From assembly GCF_036588685.1 (NCBI RefSeq), contig NC_086382.1, positions 64,790,001 through 64,854,000 of the forward strand: DNA of 64,000 nt, in the 5' to 3' direction. The notes under the pieces are model-generated. The model saw nothing but the letters and a program-made list of their open reading frames with translations. It searched no databases and had not been told where the DNA came from. Both the position numbers and the translations under genes were made by a program. Shown in pieces: positions 53,641 to 64,000 of the stretch; the first letter of the stretch is position 1; every line of letters begins with the position of its first letter. Origin of the DNA: Mytilus trossulus (Eukaryota).

Positions 53641-54059
53641 TACTTAACTAATGACATCCTTCGTGTTACTCTTTGGAAGTGCAATTTCGGAGGATGATAT
53701 TGAAATCGAGAAAAAGATAACGAATTTTATCTTCCAACAATTAAAAAATTATCCGTGGTGATTCGAAACACAGTTATCACATGCCGGCCATAAACTCGTG
53801 ATGGTGTATACAATTTCAAATAATGTAAACAATTCAACCACTTGTAATTCCTGTAAGCATCAACCATCAATCAAGGTGTGACTGTCCACTATGCAGTTTA
53901 AAATATTTTTCAGGGATTACTTTCGCAATGAACTTTAGAGCTGTAACTGTATGGACTGCTATAACATTGTTATACAGTCTTTTATGCACTAAAAAACGTT
54001 TAAAGAATAGATATTGATTCCAAAATCCTATTATTGGTTTATCATTAGTTTTTTTTTTA

Positions 54060-54780
54060 TTTCAATCTCCGACTATTTGAACAGCAGTTGATGGTAGATA
54101 TGCTATGCTGCTTAATTAAATAGAACAAACGGTTTACTTTTTTAATGTCATAATCTAATATATAGTGTTTTTATGTTCTAAGTAATGAACTTCCTTTTTT
54201 CGTTTGAAATTTTTCCCCGCTCGGTGCAAATTACATAACTTGTCAAGCTATGCGTTTGATGTATATTCCCTGCCATCAATTATCATCGCGTTGCTGTTAT
54301 TTGTCCTACATATTTTATTTATTCATTAATTCGTCGTAGATAGTATACCATTTTACCATTACTGAATTTGACGATAACCTTTGTTTATACTTGAATGTAA
54401 AAAAGTTCAAGCATACTGCAATTAAAAACGTTTTTGGTGATGTTTATTTCTATGTGAAATTTTGTGAGAGTGAAGATAATATGAATGAGTATTAACAGCG
54501 CTGGATATAATGGCGCCAATGTAAGAAAATTTAACAGAGGCTGACACGCACTTTAATAAATACAAAGCACATTGCAGTTTTATACTCTATTGAGTCACAT
54601 GACCAATCACTGACTATCTCTCTATTTTACAGCCATGTGAAATAGACACATTATCAAAATAAATGACTTTTACATTATATTTGTTAAATGATAAATGCTG
54701 ATTTAATATAATGTCGTTAATCTGCTTTGCAGAATCGAAGCTACAGTCGATTGTTACAATAGATATTACAGAAAAAAAAA
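54060..54780 (+). repeat. Old tandem duplication, unit 1
   Basis: 54075-54315 aligns with 55510-55735, and 54495-54772 aligns with 56473-56746 (GCGCTGGATATA..GGCGCCAAT; ACATTGCAGT; GAGTCA.ATGACC.ATCA.TGACTATCTCT; GTCGTTAATCT). Confidence 0.75.
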
Positions 54781-54879
54781 TCTGTTAGTCATTTCCAATC
54801 TTCCATGATCTGTCTTCCTGAAACTGAAAATTTTAATTTCGATTTCGATTTTGAACAACTGACTATAACAATGGGCTTT

Positions 54880-55010
54880 AGATGTTATCAAATGGTACCA
54901 GGCTTATACATTTATACATCAGACGCGCGTTTCGTCTTCATAAGACTCACCAGAGACGCTCAGATCAAAATAGTTAGGAAACCAAGCATGTAAAAGTTAA
55001 AGAGCATTCA
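54880..55010 (-). repeat. Retrozyme-like repeat with hammerhead (core A6G variant)
   Basis: Minus strand GAGCGTCT-CTGGTGA-GTCTTATGAAGAC-GAAA-CGCGCG-TC^TGATGT. Confidence 0.75.
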
Positions 55011-55504
55011 GAGGCAAACATTTATTTATTAAAACTATGCCACGAAACCTTAGGAGACTTTTTTTTTAAACGATATTCATACACAACAAATACATGTTTT
55101 TAGTGAGTACTAATTCGGTTATATGTGATACTTGTTGTTGTCAGAATCAAGGAAAAGTGGACGGCATTTTGCTTACAAAATTACAAAAATATCAAATGTC
55201 AGTGGTTATCTGTGCTACAGACATCTCATACGGTCATTCAACTGAAAAGCCTGTCAATCGTTCATAAAGGAGACACCAATTTGACCACTTTGAATCGTTA
55301 GTTTAATAGCTTTCTTGTAGGCAGCTAACCTCTATCAAAGTGTGAGATATGTTCTCTTAAGTGATTTGCAGTTGTTTACGTCTGTCGTATAAGCTTCAAA
55401 ACTGCATGTGCCAGAGGTGTTATAAATTGACAATACAGTATGTAACGCATTATATAAAATTATATAATTAATTTATCGTACTTTGTTTTTCATTTTTTCT
55501 TATC

Positions 55505-56750
55505 GAATTTTTGAACAACAGCTTATGGTAGAGATTCTACTGTGCTTCATTTATTTATTTTTATATGTCATAATCTATTATATACTGTTTTTATTTCCTT
55601 AGTAATGATAATTTGATAGTGTCTGTTATTTTTTGCGGTTGCTCCAATTTGCACAACCTGTCAAGCTATTTGTTTGATACTATTGACTTTTATTCATTAT
55701 CATGGTATTGTTGTGATTTGAACTACATGTATTTGTTATATAACCTTCAATATGAAATACGGTGATGGTGTATGGATACCAATAAGACAATAGCAATAAT
55801 AGACAAATTCACGACCTTCAACAATGGGAAAAAGCCTATATCTCATAGTCGGATAGAAAATATACGACTTAAACATATAAGAAACAATTCATTGGAGAAA
55901 TTTACCTATAACGAAAAACAAGTATAACAATGCGAAAAAACGACAAAAACTGAAATACTGGCTTCTGACTGAGGACAGATACATAAATATGTTTCGGGGT
56001 TAAACTTGTTTGATGGACTTATTCCTATTCTATCCTTTGACATTGGTGTACCAATACAACATAAAAACGAACTACATAATCAGTTAAGAAAGGGCTTACG
56101 CAATCAGATGCATACCATACGCATAAAAATCTATCTAAAACAAAGACCGGTCGTGTGATTGTATTCACAACACAAAAAAAAACGCAGCAAAGTTCAGATC
56201 TGAGAGTACGGGCAGTTAACTGACTTGAATAACTTTTGTTAAAATATTTGTTTTTTAACACAAGCATTCTATAGTTGTAGACATATACTATTTCTTGCCT
56301 TTTGAACAAATGTATAACAATTGCCATAACGGGAGGCGAAACAGTGATATAAAAGAGTAAAAAAAGGGCCGTACTTTGACCTTAAATTGAAAAGTTTTTA
56401 TACATTGTGAATTCAATGCAGAGATCTGTTACTGGTACGTATACCACATCTTCTTAAATACATCAAGAGGAAACGGCGCTGGATATACGGGCGCCAATAT
56501 CTGACATATAAACTGAAGTTATCATGGATTTTAATGAAATAAAGTACATTGCAGTAGAACCATAATGGAGTCATATGACCGATCATTGACTATCTCTTTA
56601 CGTTTCAGCAATAGGAAACAGACAAATTATCACAATGAACGACTTATACATTATATTAACTAAATTATAACTGCTATTTTAAGAAAAGTCGTTAATCTTC
56701 TTTAGAAATGGAGGCTAGAGTAGATTACAACAAAATATATTACGGATACA
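55505..56750 (+). repeat. Old tandem duplication, unit 2, interrupted by PLE 3' UTR remnants (~55760-56240 minus; ~56365-56455 plus)
   Basis: Homologous to 54060-54780. The insert CAGATCTGAGAGTACGGGCAGTTAACTGAC is the reverse-complement homologue of 34087-34116. Confidence 0.7.
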
Positions 56751-57301
56751 GTTTTGTATTAGCAATAACTATTCTTAAAAATAAAATTGAGAATGGAAAT
56801 GGGGAATGTGTCAAAGAGACAACAACCCGACCAAAATAAAAAAACACAACAGCAGAAGGTCACCAACAGGTCTTCAATGTAGCGAGAAATTCCCACACCC
56901 GGAGTCGTCCTTCAGCTGGCCCCTAAACAAATATATACTAGTTCAGTGATAATGAACGCCATACTAATTTCCAAATTGTACACAAGAAACTAAAATTTAA
57001 ATAATACAAGACTAACAAAGGCCAGAGGCTCCTGACTTGGGACAGGCGCAAAAATGCGGCGGGGTTAAACATGTTTGTGAGATCTCAACCCTCCCCCTAT
57101 ACCTCTAACCAGTGTAGAAAAGTAAAAGCATAACAATACGCACATTAAAATTCAGTTCAAGAGAAGTCCGAGTCTGATGTCAGAAGATGTAACCAAAGAA
57201 AATAAACAAAATGACAATAATACATAAATAACAACAGACTACTAGCAGTTAACTGACATGCCAGCTCCAGACTTCAATTAAACTGACTGAAAGATTATGA
57301 T

Positions 57302-57375
57302 TTCATCATATGAACATCAGGCACAATCCTTCCCGTAAGGGGTTTAGTATCATACCATCATAACATATATGAGAA
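57302..57375 (-). ncRNA. SECIS element (form 2) in PLE 3' UTR
   Basis: Identical to 887-960. Confidence 0.8.
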
Positions 57376-57422
57376 GAACATAACCCGTGTCATGCCAACA
57401 ACTGTTTTTAGAATAAATGTGT

Positions 57423-58208
57423 TTAGTTCCGACGCAAAGACCTTATCAGTGACTCAATATTAACGCCAAAATATGCAATCTTTAATGACTTGACAACAGT
57501 ATCGTAATTATATCCCTTCTTAATAAGTCTATTCAAAGGTTTTGTAAGTGTATGAGGTGAATACTGACACCTTTGTGCTTTATAAAGAATATTTCCATAA
57601 AAAATTGGATGTGAAATACCTGAACGTATAAAAAGTCTGCATGTTGAGCTATATTTACGAATGATGTCTTTATACCGATGATAAAATTTAGTAAATGTTT
57701 TGACTAGTTTGTGATATCGAAAACCCTGGTGTAATAATTTTTCAGTAATACATAAATTTCTCTCGTTAAAATCTAAAACATTGTTACATACACGAGCGAA
57801 TCGTACAAGTTGAGATATATAAACACCGTAAGATGGTGACAAGGGAACGTCACCATCTAAAAACGGATAATTAACGATAGGAAATGAAAAATCATCCCTT
57901 TTATCATAAATTTTAGTATTCAGCTTTCCGTTAGTGATATAGATATCAAGATCGAGGAAAGGGCAGTGGTCATTGTTAGTATTAGCTTTATTTAAAGTGA
58001 GTTCACCAGGATAAATTTCATTAATATACATACTGAAGTCGTCATTATTGAGAGCCAAAATATCATCCAAATATCTAAAAGTATTATTAAATTTGTTTAT
58101 CAGATGTTGTTTTGATGGGTCTTTGCTTATTTTTGTCATAAATTGTAACTCGTAACAATACAAAAAGAGGTCCGCAATAAGTGGTGCACAGTTAGTCCCC
58201 ATTGGAAT
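57423..58208 (-). CDS. PLE reverse transcriptase, 5'-truncated (RT motifs B-E, thumb and C-terminal extension; no GIY-YIG)
   Basis: IPMGTNCAPLIADLFL, FRYLDD, CPFLDLDI, IYDKRDDFSFPIVNYPFL, YGVYISQLVRFAR. The first ~10 aa of the ORF-track entry come from flanking DNA, so expression as listed is unlikely. Confidence 0.85.
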   Translation of the reverse strand: MPMGTNCAPLIADLFLYCYELQFMTKISKDPSKQHLINKFNNTFRYLDDILALNNDDFSMYINEIYPGELTLNKANTNNDHCPFLDLDIYITNGKLNTKIYDKRDDFSFPIVNYPFLDGDVPLSPSYGVYISQLVRFARVCNNVLDFNERNLCITEKLLHQGFRYHKLVKTFTKFYHRYKDIIRKYSSTCRLFIRSGISHPIFYGNILYKAQRCQYSPHTLTKPLNRLIKKGYNYDTVVKSLKIAYFGVNIESLIRSLRRN

Positions 58209-58619
58209 TCTGTCTGAATGAAATTTAATACGCACCAAATGTACAAGATTCTAAGAATACACAGCGGATGAATTCTGCTAGCTTTCACCAATGAGCAAAC
58301 ATTAATTGTACCATATGATAGGGGACGTTCAATTTTAATTTACCTCGGAATTCCTATAACAGAGGAGTCATTTTGTCGATACCTTGTGATTGTTAACTAA
58401 TGGATCTACAGGACTTGTTTTTCATCATGCCTAAAGTTTGGTTTTGATTGTATAAAACAGTCTGGACTGTTAACATAATGTACGACAGTTTTGTAATCAC
58501 ATCCATATCGTTGTTTTGAAAAATATGTATATTCGTACGGTTCAGTGTCAATGCCGGGCAGCAGAAAAAAAGGTGGCATGTAAGATATTTATTTATCTTA
58601 TTTTCACGTAATATATCAT

Positions 58620-58682
58620 GTCAGCTGTTTGGTCGGGTTGTTGTCTTTTTGGTCCATTCTCCATTTCCATTTTCAATTTATT
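58620..58682 (+). repeat. Short 3'-terminal remnant of the young PLE family
   Basis: GGTCGGGTTGTTGTCTTTTTGGTCCATTCTCCATTTCCATTTTCAATTTAT aligns with the reverse complement of 366-418. Confidence 0.7.
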
Positions 58683-59544
58683 CTTAATTAATACTACAAT
58701 GTATACTCAAGCTGAACCGTGGAAGTGGATTTGATAAAGCTGAATGGGAAGAAATATTGTAAATTTTATGCTCTACAATTTGAAAAGTAACTATTATCAT
58801 AGCTCATCTTATATCTATAAATATAAGGGAGATGATAAACCCTTTAGGCTACATATAAACATTTCTCTTAATGTTGTAGTCATTATGATAATTCTGTAAT
58901 ATATTTTGACTCTATTGTTTATGTTCTTTTTAAAGGAAAACAAACGTCAAACGAATCAAGTATATATATATATAGTGTCCTTAAAAGTTTAAATGTCCCG
59001 GAGGTCATTTCCTTAATCACGTAACTGAACATAGTAAATTTCCAGTACGTATAAATTGTCTAGGATATTTATTTAATTTGATTTGTTGTAGCATCCAGTA
59101 ACAATTCCGCTGTACGTATTTCTGTTTTCTAACTAGTGCTTTCAGTTTCATATAGGATTTAATTATCGGTGTTTGTGATACAGATAAGTTTAATAACACA
59201 ATGAATTAACCATTTTAAGGCCGCAAATAATTCTTTAAAGGCATAAGGGTATTCACTTTCCATTGAGGGCGATTGTGTTAAATTTGCCAACAGGAATTTA
59301 CTATCTGTATCAAGGACATTTACACATTGTAATATAATAAGGTATATTTGTTTAATATTTACTTAGAACATGGTCCTTTAAAACATCTTGACGTCAATGT
59401 ATTAGCACTACCTTATAAATGTTTAAAATGCTTAATAAAGTAGCATGCATTTCTATGAAGATAACTTTGAATGTAAATGTGTTTCCTTACCATTATGAAT
59501 CTTTTAAAATAAGGTTTAAAAAGTAGCGGTTGATAAATATTTTG

Positions 59545-59797
59545 TACAACTCATTAACATAGACATTCATGTTTAGGAGCCTGAGTTTCAGTGTTTGTCG
59601 TTTGATGCTTTGTTACATATTCATTTTTTTGGTACATTAATTCGTCCGTTAGTATTCTCGTGTTATTTGTTTTACATTTGTAATTTCGGGGTCTTTTATA
59701 GGTGAATATGCATGGTCTTTGCTCATTGTTGAAAGCCATACGGTGACATATAGTGGAGAGTTGTCTCCTGGGCAATAATACTACATCTTTTGTTTTG
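59545..59797 (+). repeat. PLE 3' UTR remnant
   Basis: GGAGCCTG...TGTCGTTTG...TTTGCTCATTGTTGAAAGCCATACGGTGAC...GTTGTCTCCTGGGCAATAATACTACATCTT aligns with 34330-34590. Confidence 0.7.
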
Positions 59798-61774
59798 TAA
59801 GAATGATTGTCATAGATTTTCGAGTTGATACAGTCATTTTGTGAATGAGAAAAACGTTTATTATATGGAACCGTTGTTAATTTATATTTTCTCTATGTTT
59901 TCACTATTTTCACAAGTGATATAACTGTTTTTGGAATAGATTGGTCAAAATTGTATTATGACGTCAACTATTCTTGGTTTCTTTGAAGTTTTCTATTGTG
60001 GCGTGATAAAAAGACCATGTCTTTGTGGTAAACGACAGTATTTAAATTAATGGTTTCATAGATGTTTACGTCATATCGTAAAACTATATAAATAACAAAA
60101 TTATAGATTTATATAACAAGTAGTTTTTGTTAAAAATGTGAAATCATCATAATTCAAGGGTTTGCCAATTTTCTTTAACTTAATTATACTAAAAGGTACA
60201 ATATACAGATTAACAATAACTAAGTGATTTAATCTGGGTAAATATAAATGTTTTTCACATTTTCAAATTAAAATGCAAAGACAAATACGCATAGTCCTTT
60301 GTTTATTCCAATAATTGGTTTATAAAGGATACATATAATTTGTTTTATTTTTTGCAAAGCGGGTGTTTTTTTGCGCAAATATTGGTTATTTATATAATTA
60401 AGCAAGATCTGATTATATTCTATTCCGATTAAGACACGTTGTTTCATATGTTTAGTAGAAACACACAAGCAAATTGACGATGGAAAACTAACAATTCTGA
60501 ATAACAAATGAAAAATAATATTTTAGAACATTTAGATAATATTTAACTGATTAAAGAGTTCACGATAATTTTTACCCTTAGAAGCAGCCACACAACACTA
60601 CACACGGGTGACCCGATGTATTGTTATAAATCCCTTGGTAATTGGTTGTTGCATTGTTTTTGGGATAGTGGATTATAGATCGTATCACATGATTTAATGT
60701 CATTGAGTTTTTCCCGAAATGAACCCCATCTCCCAAACTACAACAGATAAAGACTTGCGGTCTTCACTACGGGTTTTATGTGACTTTTCAACGATGAGTA
60801 AATATGTCATATTATGTGTAAAAGCAATGAAATTATCCCAAATCAATTTCTGCTTAAAGAATTATCAATTTGGTTATACCCATTGATTTGTGAGTTCCAG
60901 TTTAAAGAGAATAAATACATGTACCAGACTACCAGAGCAGTGCATGTGTTTTATGACAATTCATCAATAAGCAGAATCAAATATCCCTTGAGATTTTTGC
61001 TTGCTGTATAATGGATCAAATAGTTTCGTGCATTCACTATTTCAACAGTGTTACTGAAAAACAATTAGATTATATATTTAGAAATAATTGCATCAGCTCA
61101 ATTGATCTGAAGAGTAAACCATGAATGATTGCAAAGATTAAATTATGTGAAGAAGAATTATATTTTATTAAAATATTGCAGTGCAGCCCGATATATAAAC
61201 TGTATAACATGTTTATACTTGCTTATCTACAATGAACTATTATTTACCCGATGGAAATCAAATTCAGTTTGATTGAAAAAAACAAACAAAAGTATCATCT
61301 AAATTTCTATAATGGGTAAGGTGTTTACAAGGAATCAATATCGTTTGAAAATGAAACCAATATACTATAATAATTATTAAAGGTTACTGTAAAACATGTA
61401 GAACAGTATTGTGTTTGGAGAACACCCGTTGTTCGCATCATGAAGGTATAAACAAGACTTGTTCTAACTGTAGTTTTGTAGTCTTGATCCGTTGAGGTAA
61501 TGTGTCTTTTTTTTTTTTTTAAACAAAATGAAACTTTTGAAAATGGTTTAAGGACTAACTAGAAACGATAACCAAAACAAAAATTAATAGTATGACTATC
61601 GATGTAGCATTTTATTAGTGGTCTGATAAACGAGAAGTGAGATTTGGGTCATTTGGATGTCTCTATATTTAATTTTTTTCTGAAATTTCTACTTATTTTG
61701 ATCTGGTTTTGTGCGTTTTTCAACGCCAAGGTGGTGGGTAAAAACACATAAAACAATGTCGAAAGTATATAATA

Positions 61775-61942
61775 AATGGATATAGGAAAATGTGGTATGG
61801 TGCAAATGAGAAAACTCTCCATCCAAATAACAATTTATAAAGATAAACCATTATAGGTCAATGCACAGCCTTCAACACGGATCCTTGGCCCACACCGAAC
61901 AATAATCTATAAAGGGCCCCAAAATTACTAGTTTAAAACCAT
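61775..61942 (-). mobile_element. Family B short PLE 3'-end copy (~165 bp)
   Basis: Aligns with 21138-21306 and ends at TTACTAGTTTAAAACCAT. Confidence 0.75.
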
Positions 61943-62754
61943 AAGTTCTTTTAAACATACATTGTGCCACGTATGTTTCATTTAAGAACATATTTTTTAA
62001 AGTATTATGCAATATCTAATTGAATGTAAAGGTATGGTTTCTCACTAACTGGTGTTTTTGTGCAAATAGTTTGCAAATTAAGCGATTCATAATTTAACAC
62101 CTCATCTTGAACGAATTCATTGTCTGATTAAAAATGATCTATGGAGACTATTCGTGACTTGAAATAATTGATTGGAAGGCTTAATAAAAGTAACTACTTT
62201 ATGCAACACATTTGTACTGCTTTTAATTACTTCTAAACCGGGAAAATAACACACACAAACAAATGTTTTCAAAGAGATATATTTTTGATTCAAGAATAAC
62301 AGTGTATCATTTACCTGTTAGATAATTAATTGCCCGTCTTTTGAAATAAAAAGTTCTTTATCTGCTTTTGTTCTTGCACTACACGTTTTGGTTATTAAAT
62401 GAAAAATCTTTCAAATGAAGTGCAGAGTACTTTTTATTCTTTTTTAAGTAAGCCAATATTATATAAATGATAATACTTAACAAAACAAAAGGAACAACCT
62501 TAAGCCGATCTAAGATTAGAACAAAAATGCATTATGAGAACCCTCCATTTTGTATCCAACGGGAATCTTCTTTGTGATGGTTACATTTCGTTTTATATTG
62601 CTAGATTCACTAAATAACGTTTAAAGTTTACAATTTAATCAACCTTGGAGATTTCATAGCTTATTTACGTTCAGTCGTCCAGGAATGGAAGGATGTGTCA
62701 AGTTTAGAAGAATAAAAACTTGAATGTCTGTCCCTTATATATATTACAAAACGC

Positions 62755-62915
62755 ATCAAATATACCAGGTTTTTAATTTCATGCATCAGACGAGCGTTTC
62801 GTCTACAAAAGATACATGGATGAAGCTCAAATCCTAAAATGTTAAAAGGCCATATAAGGTTAAAGAGCATTAAAGATCGACTTCCGAACAGTTTGTGTGC
62901 TAAATATCAATGAAC
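62755..62915 (-). repeat. Degenerate retrozyme-like hammerhead repeat
   Basis: ATACCAGG...CATCAGACGAGCGTTTCGTCTACAAAAGA...AAAGAGCATT. The CUGAUGA box is decayed. Confidence 0.65.
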
Positions 62916-63847
62916 TGAAGAATAATAAGGCCAGAACACATGTCGACAGAAGCGATACGGTAGTTAAAACATAAAAATACAATTGTTTTGTAATATCATT
63001 TACAGTTTTAAAAACGAAGCTAGCTTGAGGACGTTAAGTATGTGAAAATGTTTGGTGTTTATATACAATATGAATTCCAATGAAGGTTTAGAAGTTTAAA
63101 GATAAAGATACACTTTGGGTTACAAACTGAATAATAGTATAGTTATGCAATTTTAATCAAATACTACATGACAAATATTTTATGTAAAGTTCCTCTTTTC
63201 CTTAGAAATATTCCATAAAGCTGACTGATTAGCCATAATGCGTTCAATAATGACAATATTTCATCTCTGTGTCATATTAATAAACAATAAACTGTTGTTG
63301 GACATCATAATGCTTTTGTAATATTTGCATTTTGATGACTGTTTATTGTAGTGTAATACAATATAACGTTTCTGGGCTACTCAAATCAAGGCTTAAATTG
63401 TAACATCACAGAATCATAGGCTTCGAAGGAGATATAAATAAAAACAACGCATTAGATAATATCATACGAGTGTCCGACGAAGATTGAAATCAATATGATA
63501 ATCTTTTGTACAAGTTTCTCAATATTATACCCAAGTTAATCATATCATTTTCATGTGTTATTTCAAACAATTTTTTGTCTATGGAGTACACAATTACCCA
63601 TTCACTTTACTTGTGTTAATAACACAGAAATATTGTATTCCCTTAGTGCTGATAGTAACGAGGTATATTTGAAGGGAAAACACAGAATCACTTTGTTACA
63701 ATGTTAGCATATACATTATTAAAATCACATCAAAGTCTGAAAACGACAAGTGTCATAATAAATGTTTGGCTAAGTGAGAGTGAAATGAAATGTAGAAATG
63801 TAATATACAAATAATTGTTTGAACTATTTGATATAAAACAAAAACGT

Positions 63848-64000
63848 ACTAGTACATATTTGTTTAGGGGTCAGCTGAAGGACGCCTCCGGGTGCGGGAA
63901 TTTCTCGCTACATTGAAGACCTGTTGGTGACCTTCTGCTGTTGTTTTTATTTGGTCGGGTTGTTGTCTCTTTGACACATTCCCCATTTCCATTCTCAATT
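63848..64000 (+). mobile_element. ~155-bp 3'-terminal copy of the young PLE, opposite orientation, runs to window edge
   Basis: Reverse complement of 370-527, beginning at ACTAGT. Confidence 0.9.

Larger units (their letters stand above)
56781..58210 (-). mobile_element. 5'-truncated Penelope-like retroelement (Naiad-type), young copy 2
   Basis: Uninterrupted RT frame from IPMGTNCAP to a TAA stop, then a 3' UTR nearly identical to 366-1007. No clear TSD. Confidence 0.92.

Noticed and set aside
1-64000. CRISPR array, prokaryotic operon, rRNA or tRNA genes, host exons
   Set aside because: No regularly spaced repeats, no gene-dense organisation, no recognisable structural RNA genes, and no exon I could support without transcript data.

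Overview
AT-rich eukaryotic, repeat-dense DNA with no supportable host protein-coding exon, rRNA, tRNA or CRISPR array. The repeat families suggest a bivalve mollusc, probably Mytilus-like (inference). The window is dominated by 5'-truncated Penelope-like retroelements (PLEs) whose RT ORF ends without a C-terminal GIY-YIG endonuclease, the Naiad-type architecture. Two young copies (366-1395 and 56781-58210, differing by about six substitutions counted by eye) carry a well-formed form-2 SECIS hairpin about 60 nt downstream of a TAA stop. This suggests a recently active retroelement that encodes a selenoprotein. An older relative has an in-frame TGA at a position that is Cys in the other copies. 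A Tc1-like transposon (44022-49083, 31-bp perfect inverted ends including TA) encloses a ~3-kb copy of its own flank, joined through two microhomology junctions (Pack-TIR-like). Also present: several minimal type I hammerhead-ribozyme (retrozyme-like) repeats, a small MITE with a 6-bp TSD, nested insertions and older tandem duplications. All alignments and folds were done by eye.
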